Source: Amoebophrya sp. A120 (Eukaryota > Protista > Dinoflagellata). From it: DNA of 64,000 bases. A program made the position numbers and the translations under genes. Below the pieces are notes generated by a model. It was not told the origin of the DNA, did not search any database, and was given only the letters and a program-made list of their open reading frames with translations. This document shows positions 49,401-61,400 of the stretch, one piece after another. The first letter of the stretch is position 1; each line of letters opens with the position of its first letter. Location of the stretch: contig CAJINV010000002.1 in assembly GCA_905178155.1 (NCBI GenBank), forward strand, positions 3,176,515 through 3,240,514, read 5' to 3'.

Positions 49401-52400
49401 TGGCAGCCTCATTTCATTCGTGTTTTCCCTATATAGTCTGCGCATCACAGGTTTTCGTTTCAATGTCGAGCAACTTTGTGATGCAGAAACTCCAATAAGT
49501 GTTTAACTGTAACACTTTTTTCCTGTGATATACGGATCAGAACGAAGACTATCAGCAGTTGAATACCGATCTCCTTTTCGACGAAGGGGCCGCTGGGAGT
49601 GGTAATTCTAATTTTTATCCGGAAGCAGCACCATCTACTTCCCGCACGGAGGACACAAAGAAACGAAATCAGAGGGAACATGTCAATCTGTCAGAAGGTC
49701 GTGGGAACAAGTATGGCGTTCTCAAACGTTACATTCTCAACTGTTACATGATTTGTCATGCAAAATGACCATGACCCGCCAGACGATGAAGCTGCTGCGC
49801 ATGACAAATTCTCGGAGGGCTAAACACCACTATAATCCGCACGAAACCTGTAATGCAAGACGCGCAAGGTTCTCCCTCTCATCTGTGCTAGTCTTGCATT
49901 ACAAATTTATGTAACAGTTGAGAATGTAACAGTTGAGAACGCCATAACAAGAACCCGGGGGCCAGACCAGCAGGGACAAGAAAAAGTCGTATATAACCTG
50001 CTCAGGTGTTACAATCTCAAACGTTACAATAGAATCTGAAATTTGTCTTGCATGACTAACATGACAGACTCGGACAGCGTTCCACTTTTTGCAATACAAA
50101 TTTCGCCAGATTGTAGTGCGGATTGGGACTCCAGAACTTGTCATGCGCAATCCTGTGGGAGTAGGGTAGATCATGCACGTCTTGCAACACAAATTCCAGA
50201 TTCTATTGTAACGTTTGAGATTGTAACACCTGAGCGGGTTATATCGTAGCAGTAGAAGTTCCAGGCCGTGGTACCTCCCCAGTACGCACTTGCATATCCT
50301 GTGCAAAAGTATCGTACTCGGATTGCAATCATGCATGCACCCAGATGAATTGTCGTATAAGATGAATTGTAACAAAATACGTATCTGCTATCCAGCGAAG
50401 CTTGCAGCGTATCGTATTACGCAGCAGAGAAAAGCGAAAGCGAACACCAGCCGAGCCAAATTCGACAAAAGCAAAAAAGCAACCCTTGCAACATATTTTC
50501 CCAAAAATGAATTGCAAAAAGCATCACCCCGCTGTTGTAAAAATCGATGCAATTCAGCGTGAAAAGACAAAGCAGCTCAGCTTGCCGCTTCTGTGATATA
50601 GCTGCGCTGCGAAATAGAATAAGACGAGCAAGCGGAAAAAAAATGCAGCAAAATAGCGACAGGAAAGCGAGCGCGATCTACTTCTATTGCCTCAGCTGCA
50701 GCTTCTGTGACAAAATTGACGCACTGAGAAACGCGATCAAAAAAACAATCGCTCTTTAGATTGTGAAAATGTAGGGAATGAGAACGAGAAAGCCAAAGCT
50801 AACATAGGGAAAACAAAAATACACAGAACGAGTCCCACATTAGCAAATAAAGCCTACAAAACTTAACTTGCACAAACACAAAACGCAGGGACGTATCAAA
50901 TTAGCAACGCGAGTTTTGTATGAGAACAAAACGAGCGAAGGAGAACTTGCAGGCGAAGTGCAGCGTCGGGGCAAGTTGGTGAAAGCGTTAGCCGTCAATC
51001 AACATGCGGGGTGCGCTGTACTTCGTACGGAAATGGAAACAGTTTGCAGAAACAGAAGACAGCAGAATAGTGTAAAAATTGCATGTAAAATTCAAGAAGA
51101 AGCGCATAGTGTACAAGTGGAGTGCAGCAACAGAGCGCGTTGGTCGAAGCGACAGCCTCAAATCAACTCGCGTCGTGCGCTGCGCTCCTAGTTTTAATAG
51201 TTATAGCTGATAACAGTTCAAGTCCGACACAAGAAGAGATACGAGAAAAGACGAGAAGAACGACTGATAAAAGTAGCACAACGCATGTTGTTTTTCACGA
51301 GAAATTACACATGCGAAAAAAAACAAAACGAGTAAAAGGAACGCAGCGCATCTTCTAGCGCAAGAAATAACAGGCCAAGAAGCTAAGCAAAAACGGAAAA
51401 CCGACGCCGCGGCGCTTTTCGCGTGCCCCCTCTTCAGGGCTCGGGATTCTTGAACGCAGACAGAGACCGGCGCCCCTCCGAGGCGGAGGACGTCGAGGCC
51501 ATGCGGTGCAGTTCCTGAAGCTCCGGCGGGGCGCGCGGCTCGATCGAAGTCGTGCGCCACGTTGCCGGCATGCGCAGAAACTGGCCGCCTTGAAAATTTC
51601 GCGTGAGCGCCAAAGGAATGAAAACGACGCAAGGGCACCGCTGAGCACGCCACCACGCCATTGGTGCAGCCTCATAAATTCGCCAAACGATGCTGACACC
51701 AGTAACGCCCTCAATGCGGATCCGAATTCCGCGCGTCGCCCCCTCGACACGGGTGACCGAACCCCGGATGTTCGTGGGAACTTGTTTCGGGCCGGCAGTT
51801 TCCAGCTCGGCGACGTCGACGTAGGCTTTCGTTTGCCCTTATGCACTGCAAAATCGCACTGGCGCAACGTAATTACGCAAGCAGCCAAATAAAAACAAAG
51901 AAAAATTAGAGACCAGCATGCTTCTGGGCGCATAAAGAGAAAAAAAGACACTGAGAAAAATGCGCAACCACATGCGCGCCAGCACGAGTGTTGCAGAGCT
52001 TAAGAGCGGAAGCGACCCCGAGCCAAAAACGCGATCCATTGCGGGGTCGACGGCGACGACCGCGGAAAGATCGTCGCCCGCAGCTGGAGGCGGTGGCCCA
52101 GCAATCGACGCCGTTTCTTGTTGGACTCGTGGCGGGACGTGATTCGGCGCGGCAGGCGGCGCGGTCTCGGTGGGAGGCGCAGGCGGCGCGACGACTTGCG
52201 TGAGGCCCGTGGGGCACCGCTTGAGGTCCTTCCAAGGAACATCGCGCAGAGTCGTTTCGCGTTTCTTGCCGGAGAGGACTCCGTCGCTGCGGACATCCAC
52301 CCCGAGCGCCTTCACCTGCGTAACGACGAAAGGCCCCAAGAATTTTGTTGCCAAGCCGGGGCTTTTCTGTCTGTTTCTGCACAAAACACGTTCCCCAATT

Positions 52401-55400
52401 TTCAGTTTTTTAATGTCCTTCAGCCTGCCCCCGTCCTCCCGATTTTCAAAGAAGCGGCTGCGATTGTGTAGCGCCTGTCTGGCCAGAGAGCCGCGCAACG
52501 TTGCGGCCGCAAAATCAGCAGCGCCATCACTCTCGCCACCCGCGGCCCCGGCGCCGTGTTTCCTTTCCTCGGAATTCTGCGGCGGGGGTCCAGCCAGTGG
52601 GGTGGCGGAGGCTGCGCTTGCGCTTTCTGCCGCGGCGCCCTTGTCTGCAACGATATGCGGAGGCGCACGCTGCACGGGATGCAGAGTGGCTTCGGTGATG
52701 TCCCGTAAGGGGCGGAGAAACGTGTTCAAATGCCTCGCAGCGGGAATCCGACGGCCCCGCGTCGCCCGTCGGTTCAGTGCCGCAACAGACGCAGGCAAAT
52801 GACGAGGCCAATCCTTTTCGCCCCCCCCTTTTACGCAGTTGCTGCTTCAACTGTCCATTGTAGGTTTGGTCGGAGCCGCCCCCGGCGTTTTGCTTGCTAA
52901 ATCGCGGCTATTTTTTTTCCCGAACAATGTGGAGAAGATTGCCGGCGCGGTGGTGAGGTGCCATCCCCTGGGCTCGGCGCGAAATCGCAAAGGCTTGGCG
53001 CCTGTCCGCCACGCCCTTGGCGCGCGGGCGCCGCGAGCCCATGCCGGGTCTGTGGCTTTGCGCGCTCCAGAGGGCCGCGCCCTCCCTGCGGCATGGCCCG
53101 TCCCTTGTGCCTTGCGCATTGGCAGGGCCGCCGGCCGGAGGCAGCGCGCCACCCCCTTTGTCCAGCCTATAGATTTGCTATTTTGCTTGCTATTTCCCCT
53201 GCTAAATCGCAAACGCGCAAAACCTGAGGCAAAACGCTGGGCCCGAGATTGTTGCCGACTTTGGCAGGAAATTTAGCCCGCGCCTTCGGCAAGGGATTTA
53301 GCAAGGAAAATAGCAAGGAAATTAGCAGGCGAATTAGCAAGCAAATTAGCACGCGAAATAGCAAGCAAAATAGCAAGCAAAATAGCACGCGAAATAGCAA
53401 GCGAAATAGCAAGCGAATTAGCAAGGGAGAACAAGTTCGCCCCGCGCTTAATCGGGGCCAAAAAAGGGGGGGCCCATTTGGCGAATTTTTGGGGGGTTTT
53501 TTGGGTGGGCAAATTCGAACACGGGAAAAAAAATAGCCGTCACTTAGCACGGCCCCCGCCGGGGCCGGCTCCGCCCAAGTAGGTTATCACCGAAAAATCC
53601 GCCCTCCCCATATTGCAAAAGGAATTTGCGTTGCTGATGCGTGGCCGCGAGTTGTAGTCCGTTGCAGAACACGCGCGAACACGAACCCAGCAACACGAAT
53701 GGTCTTCATAAATATGGGGGAGCGGCTTTTTCAGTTTCGTAGAACTTTCCGCGGCACCATTGGACTGCGGATGCGCGCGAGGGCTTTCGCGGATATCCGT
53801 GCGAAAGGCTGCGCCCGCCGGGGGGTCGTTGGTGAAGGTCGCGCACTTATGGTCGCGCGTCAAGCAGGTGCACTGGCTCCAGTTCTTTATCTGCTGCAGC
53901 TCTGTGCCCTTGTCAATGTTCAAATGATCCGGCGCGCCGTGTTCCTCGATCATATCCAGATGCGCTTGCTTGACTTGGTCGGAGCCGCCCCCGGCGTTTT
54001 GCTTGCTAAATCGCGGCTATTTTTTTTCCCGAACAATGTGGAGAAGATTGCCGGCGCGGTGGTGAGGTGCCATCCCCTGGGCTCGGCGCGAAATCGCAAA
54101 GGCTTGGCGCCTGTCCGCCACGCCCTTGGCGCGCGGGCGCCGCGAGCCCATGCCGGGTCTGTGGCTTTGCGCGCTCCAGAGGGCCGCGCCCTCCCTGCGG
54201 CATGGCCCGTCCCTTGTGCCTTGCGCATTGGCAGGGCCGCCGGCCGGAGGCAGCGCGCCACCCCCTTTGTCCAGCCTATAGATTTGCTATTTTGCTTGCT
54301 ATTTCCCCTGCTAAATCGCAAACGCGCAAAACCTGAGGCAAAACGCTGGGCCCGAGATTGTTGCCGACTTTGGCAGGAAATTTAGCCCGCGCCTTCGGCA
54401 AGGGATTTAGCAAGGAAAATAGCAAGGAAATTAGCAGGCGAATTAGCAAGCAAATTAGCACGCGAAATAGCAAGCAAAATAGCAAGCAAAATAGCACGCG
54501 AAATAGCAAGCGAAATAGCAAGCGAATTAGCAAGGGAGAACAAGTTCGCCCCGCGCTTAATCGGGGCCAAAAAAGGGGGGGCCCATTTGGCGAATTTTTG
54601 GGGGGTTTTTTGGGTGGGCAAATTCGAACACGGGAAAAAAAATAGCCGTCACTTAGCACGGCCCCCGCCGGGGCCGGCTCCGCCCAACTTGACCTCTTCC
54701 GCCTCGAAGCTCGTCAGCAGTTTGGAACAAACGGCGCCAGTCGTGAGGCAGCACATGTTCAAACAACCGACGAAGCGCGTGCCGACATTTTTGCCGCGGT
54801 GCGCCGAGTTTTCGCAGGGGGTGCAAACTATGCAGTCGACGCCTGCCCAGGCAAAAGGCCGAAGGGACTCATTGGCGGGGTCCTTGAGCGCCGCCAAAGT
54901 ACTGCTTGCGTAAGAATCCTGCTGCTGCGGCGCATGTTCTTCGTTGGCCGCGCAAGCCTCGCACGCTTGCACCGCAACCCGCGCGCTTTCTTTCAAGCCG
55001 CACCACGTGAAGCCAAGCTGCTGGATGGCCACCCCAGTTGCCTCAATTCCCCCATGCGACCGCAAATGCCCAAGGGCCGCAATGCGCTGCTTTTCCGCGT
55101 CGTCGTCGGCGCCGATGACGGTAAGCCAATCCGGATACACCATCAGCGCTTCGGTGGTTTTGCGTCCGTAACCCTGGAACTCTGCGCGGACCTGCAGCTT
55201 GCCCATGCCCGGGGCCAAGCGGAAAAAGTTTTTCTTTGTTTTCCACCACTTCCGCTGCCGCGCGGTAAGTCCCAACGCTTTGGAAGCCGCCCCAATGTCA
55301 GCAGCCCGCAGCAAGAATTCAATCGCGCCATCGGGCAAAGAAAAATTTTTGCCGGCGTTGGACTTTCGCCCGCGCTTTCGTGGGGGGGGCGCGCACTCGC

Positions 55401-58400
55401 TCGCATCCGAAGCAGCCTCCCCATCGCTTTCGCTCAAGTCGCTCAAGCTAACAACGCTCGAAACCGACGGCGCCGGCGCATCTGCTTCCGCTGCACGTTT
55501 GCGAGAGGCCAAGCCAACCGCCACAGGTTCGCCCTCTTGCGTTTCCAAAACCGTTTCGGCCTTCGTTTCGGGGGGCGGGGCAAAGGAAGTCCCCGTCGCT
55601 TCCGCTTTCGGCTGAGCGCCGCGCCTGACAAAGGCGTTGTAGTGGCGGCCATCGTACTCGAGTCGGATCGCCTTCGCGCCGCTTCCGATTTTCTGCGGCT
55701 GCTCTTGAGAACCGGGGGCGGGTTCGATCTGAATCGACAACACTATGCAAAAGAAAAAGCAAACCAGCCCACTACACATCAGAGACAAGAAAGGCACGGG
55801 CCGCAAATTTTCGCAAAACGCGCGCCGCATCCCGCGCAAAAACGACAGCGCGCGGCGTGCCGCTCGGCTCTTTTAGGTGCGGGCGGGCTCATTTTTTCGG
55901 GTAGGGTCCATGACTTTCGCCACAGCCTCCAAAAATGCGTGGCCCAGCCATACCGTTGCCGCGGGGTGCAGAAGTTTTCCCAACCAGGCCAGCCACTTGC
56001 TCTGCTCTGCTAAAACCGCGGGGCCCGCCGGCTCGTCCACTCCGTACTCCCCCACCCAAAACGGACCAAGCTCTTCGCGCTTGTCCGCCATGAAACCCTC
56101 CACCAACTGCTTCACCTTCGGCATGCTGATGCCTGTGGCCGCCGCAATCGAAAGAGGGCAACAATTGCCGTTCCCCTCGATCTTTTGCAAAACATCGGTC
56201 GAAGCCGCACCACAATCGCTGAAAAAACGGAGCCCCCCCCGATATCGTTTCGGGCTTCTGTCATGCTGATCTCCTGAATTTCCCGGGATTTTCGTGGAAA
56301 ATCCTGGGAAACCAGCGAAAGCGCAACCAAGTCCGCGCATTAGCTGAAACAACAACGGGGGGGGCGCCTGTGTTCACGGCCTTAAGCTTCCCCCGGAGCG
56401 GCCGCAGCAGGGGCCTCCGCCGGTTTCTCGCCGCGGATCCACTCGACCCGGCACAGCCACTTGCCCCGTCCCGGCTTGGGGTTGCGGCTGCCGGGGAGCC
56501 TCCCGACTTGGCTCGGCTTGTTGGCGTGCCTGTCCCCCCCTAAAAGGGGGACCATCACCGTGCGGAAATCTTTTTCCGCTGTCGCGCCGCCGGGGACCTG
56601 AGACCACGCCTGCCAGCAGGCCGCCGAAGTGCGGGTCACCAACTGGCAGCGGTGGTCTTCCTTCGCCCTTTCCACCACCCCCGGCGCAGCGTTGTCCAGG
56701 TCGACCAAAAAATATCAAACACGCAAAGCCCCCGCAAAACAGCGCCGCGCTACGGGCGCGCGCGCGAGGTATTGCCCGACGGCTGGGCAGGAAATTGAGC
56801 GACCGCCCAATCCCCCCGGCTCTTCTGTCATGGTGCTTGGCCGCGGCCAATCAAGCAAGCGGCGCCCCTTTCCCCTTGTACGGGCGGCAAGCTAGAAGGA
56901 AAACGCGAACCCGCAACGCCCCCCATGCTACTAAAAGCGCGCGCACGAGGCGGGGGGCGGCGCTGCCCTATCTAGCCAAGGAACGGCCCCGGCGCTGCGC
57001 CACACTGGGCGCGCGCCTTGCAACTCGGGTCGCCTCGCTCGGCCGCCGGCCGGCCAAAGAAATTTTCTCACCAACCGGCGAAAACCTGCGCCGCGACCTT
57101 GGCCGGGGCCTAGGGTTTAGAATCTCCACCGGGCGCCCGCGGCTTTGCAGAAAAACGCCGCAACTCCATTGCGCGCAATGCTTGCGCGCCGTTGCGAAGG
57201 CTTTGCGCGTGCACATGCGTAAAATCCAGTCGGAGCCCATCGGGCGAAAGAAATAATGAAAATCCTTCCCGAGCGCGTTGGGCCGCCACGCCTTCGGGTC
57301 CGCTCGCTGCTCCATGCTGGCGACGCCTGAAAAACAGGAAAGATGAGTGTTGCTATTTGACATGTGAAAAAGGAAACCTCACTACGCGGAAAACGACTGA
57401 AGCGCCCTGCTTCCCCTCCCTTACTATAAGAAAGCGGAAGCGAAAATCTATCGCAACACCCAAGCGAAAAAGAATACCTCCCCCACCACGCAGCGGGTCC
57501 TTGGCCTGTGTCAGGATCAACTTCCGGAGGGCCCCGACCGGCAACAACTTCGTGACCCGTGACCTATCCCCGAAAAAAATGCTGTCCACACAAAGCTGGC
57601 GGCCTCACTGCATACAAGAGCGAAAACGCGAACCGGCAAAACAAAAAAAAAATCCGTTGCCCATCGGCGGGGCAAATGCAAAAAGCCACCACGAGGCCCC
57701 GCCGCCTTCCATGCGCCTGGGGAGTCCATTTTTTTGGGGGATAGGTCATGTCTGCGACAAGGAAGTGCCGCCGCATCCAGATCGTTCGTCACCAACCCTT
57801 CCCCCGTGTACCGGTAACCCGGAAACGCCGACGGCATCGGGGGGGGCGGGGGGGGCAGGTTGTGCAGGCCCGGGCCACCGGCCGTGCGGCCCGCGGGCGG
57901 ATCGATGTTGCGCCCGGACGCTTTGCCGCTCGCCTTCGAATTGTCCCCGCAATCGGAGTCGCTCGCCACAGAAGCCGGGCCCGCGTCGAGCTGCCCGTTG
58001 GTGGGGGCCTGGGTTCCGTCCGGAGCCGGGGCAGCGGGGGCCGGGTCCTGCAGCCAAGAAACGCCCAAGACACTGCCCGGGCCACTGTGCGGAAATGCCG
58101 CCATTAGGCCGGCATCCCGCGTCTTTGTGGCGACATTCGCGGCAAAATCTTTCTGCTCGGGGCTGATGGGCTGCGCCCCTTCCATCGCCATCGCCAACAT
58201 CCCGCCAAGCATGCTGCGCCATAATGGGAAAAAGTGCGCCCAATCAAATCACGGGCGGGGGCCCTTGTATCATAAAAAACAGCCCAAAGCGCCAGGCGCT
58301 GCCTGGCCTGGGCGCCGCAAAAGGCGGAGCCCTTAGCGGGCGGAAACCCTGCAAAGCCTGGGATTTGTCATGCCTAAAAAGCTGCCCGCGCCCTGCAATT

Positions 58401-61400
58401 GCAGGGGCTTGGTTTTTTTTCGTATTTTTTCCTTGGCGCTGAGGCCCTTCCCGAGCGTCTCCAAGCGCTTGAAATTCGCCCACAGCTTCGCCACCTTCAT
58501 ACGAGTGAGCCGCAGGCGGTCGCGCTGCTTGTCCGAGTAAGCGCCCGGGTCACTCATGTCGACCCACCCCGCGGGAGTCAGGCGAGGGGGAAAATTGCCC
58601 GAGTCCCCGAAGCAGAAGTCGGAATCCTGCAAGTCCAGCAAGCCAGCGACCGCCAAGGCCTTGGCCCGGTCGTAATCGCCGGCCACCGAAACGATTTCCA
58701 TGGCCATGGTGTTTGTTGTTTTCTTTCGATTTGCAAGGCGAAACCGAAAAAATGCGAGAAGAAGAAAAACGCGAAGCAACGACAAAGATAAAGAAGCCAG
58801 AAGCGTCGCAAGCTAGTGCGTAGCTGGTGTTTTTTTGCTTAGTAGTCGAGAGGTTTTTTTTTGTGGTTAGTGTGCTCGTTTTTCGTCCGAGGTAGACAAG
58901 TTGTTTTTTTTTGGGTAGCGTGTTCTTTTTTTCGTCTGAACAAGACAAACTGAAGTTGGGCACTGTAAGGGTAATGAAGATGAAACAAGAAAAAAGTAAT
59001 ATAAGCATGAGCCAACACAAAGTCATCATATGCCTATCACGTGACTGCTCACATGATAATCATATGATTTTGCACCCCCATAAGTAAGCCATTTTGAGTT
59101 GTTTCGCTCACATGATAGTCATGTGATTATCATGTGAGGCCCGACGCTCGACAGCGAAAGTATTTTTCCAATTATATGACGCAACGCCCGTCATACGTAC
59201 GAAAGGAAGCGTAAAAACGTGAACGAAACACAACGAAAACAACGAAAGAACGAAAACCGATCGTATACACAATACGACGACAACTCAGATTGCATCCCGT
59301 AAGGCCATGAAAAAAAGTGAAAAAGACAACTCAGCACGAAGCAATTCAGATTACTGCATGCATTACAAGTCTTCTTTTTAAGGTAAATGCGCATTACAAA
59401 TGTTATTCCTCATGCTAAGGAAATTTGTAATGCATTTATACGAGTGCGATTATACTTTTGCAGTTCATATTGCAGTGGCTCGCAGACAAAGCAGAAGACA
59501 TCTTCGCACAGGAACATGAAATCGCTGATAGAACTTCTGCAATACAAATTGCAAATGGAAATGCTTCTGGACCTCCACGACGGGGTGCCCCACCTGAGCA
59601 GGAATTTCTCTCCTACTACGAAAACCACTGGCATAACTCCTCCTCCTCCTCTTACAACTATCCGGAGAGCGTTCTGTTGGAAAGAATATCAACTGCAAAA
59701 ATGTCTGGGTCTGGAAGAGGCGGAGCTTGTCATGCACATTTTGCATGACCCGTGAGGTCTGTTATGCTGGTGCTAGCGTCACTGATTTTTTCAGAGCTTC
59801 TTGATGCTAATTACGCATGAGAAATGCCATCATCTCCGCGTGCCGCGAACTGACTCCTCTTGCTGCAGCTCATGCAACACAGATATTTTCAGAATCCGCA
59901 GACAGCATTACAAGTTCCACTCTTCCAGACCCGGACATATTTGCAATCCATAAAGAAAACCCTACGTTTTGTTCGCGCCGAGGTGTGGGTTCTGCAAAAA
60001 ATTCATGTGCAACCCAGAGATCATTGATGCGGTGAACGTGAACGTGAATCAAGAGCAACAGCAAGGACAAGGTTGCTCCGCCGTAGAAGACGAAGATGAA
60101 GAAGTACTATTCCCTTTCGTGGCGAAAAGCGACGAGTTTTTAGCGGATATAATGCCCAGGATCAGCGAACACGAAGGACTAGGCGAGAGGGAAGATGAAC
60201 AGAAGGAGCAGGAGGAGTCCTCAAGCGCAACCAACCTTGCACCGGAACCTCCAACAGTTGACGTACAACCACAACAACCTGCAGCACCTGCACCGCCCAC
60301 CCCTCGTGCCTGCAGCAAAACGTGTATTGAGACCAACGGTAAATGTCAGGACTTGGAGTGTATCAAATGCAAAAATGTCTGGGTCTGGAAGAGTTGTGTT
60401 TGTAGACTTGTCATGCAGATTGTCCATGACCCATGAGGTCTGGAATGCGAGCCTTAGCATGACAGACTCTGCGACGAGGTCTCTGCCATGCCTATCCTGC
60501 ATGAGAAACTCCCTTCCTTTTTTGTTCCTCCAGCGTGGAGCGGCAGCACCATCGTGGTTTTTTTTTCTCCCCGCGACGCGATCACTGGATCCCGGTAGCG
60601 CTAGATCCCTTTCCGCAGGCGCTCCTAAAGTGGGCCTTTTTACCGGTGCCGGCGCACTAAAAAAGAACCCCGAGACGGGGAAAAACAGAACCACGAAGGA
60701 GAAGACGGAGGTGGGGCACAGAAGAAAAGCGGAGTGGGGCACTAGGGAAAAAGAAGAGAAGAAAAGACGAGCGGGGGGGGAAGGGGCTAAAGAGCAAAAA
60801 AAGAGCTGCAACTGTCTGGGAGTTTGCATGTCGAAGTCGTTCGGACTAGGTTTATTACCAAAGTGGCGCCAGGGTTGTTATTTTAAAGATTGCGCTAAGG
60901 CAGCACCCCCCTTCCCCAAGGGGCCCCCCGGGGCGGGCGCGGTGGCGGCTCTGCTAACGCGGAGCTCCAAAGTCCGACTCTACCTATGCGCATAAAAAGG
61001 GTGCGCGGAAGCAGGTCGGTAAGGTGCTTGAAAGGGGCATGCTTTGGGGTTGCCCGCCATCGTGATAGGGTCAACGTGTGTGACCAATAGGCCCCCAGTA
61101 TATCATAGCGCGCAACCGACCACAAAAGCAGAAGAGTTTAAAGTTTGTAAGAATAACCCAGCAAGGCAACACTGGAGCTCCACCTTGCTCGCGGGCTTGG
61201 ATGGTAAATCAGGTCAGCCACATCTAACGCCCACTGGCCGTATACACGCGTAAGAAATCGGAAACGGTTCAGCGGATGCGGTCGGGTGGTACCTGTAGGA
61301 CGTGGAACGGGTGTCCACCTAGGGGTATTGGCAGAGGCTAAATCTGTTCTAACGCCACGGTATTGGCAGAGGCTAAATCTGTTCTAACGCCACCCTGACA

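Larger units (their letters stand above)
51839..55839 (-). pseudogene. Gypsy/Ginger-type DDE integrase (H2C2 finger, rve core, GPY/F module), interrupted
   Basis: HLRSHGG...W..L...CEAC; RPFAWAGVD; HGAPDHLNIDKGTE; HPQSNGAAE; KIGERVLCRN...KFLGPFVV. Split by two 713-bp elements and a frameshift in the poly-C run near 52821. Confidence 0.8.
50336..59358 (-). mobile_element. Ginger-like integrase DNA transposon with OTU-like and primase-like modules (probably degenerate)
   Basis: TGCA...TGCA ends, imperfect TIR (TGCA-N6-TGAATTG), 4-bp TSD TGCA, no LTR or RT seen, minus-strand coding blocks. Confidence 0.75.
50295..59469. mobile_element. Introner family A split by a 9-kb transposon
   Basis: Left 41 bp at 50295-50335 and remainder at 59359-59469. 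DR TTGCA; exons join STHL|QWLADK. Confidence 0.85.

Noticed and set aside
52866-54687. LTR pair or composite transposon formed by the 713-bp repeats
   Set aside because: Each copy has its own TIRs and a distinct 6-bp TSD, and the sequence between them is the middle of the integrase.
50336-59358. The 9-kb integrase element as the introner transposase
   Set aside because: Its ends (TG...CA) and 4-bp TSD differ from the TAT...ATA ends and 5-bp DR. The shared TGCA at introner position 8 is too weak to support a link.
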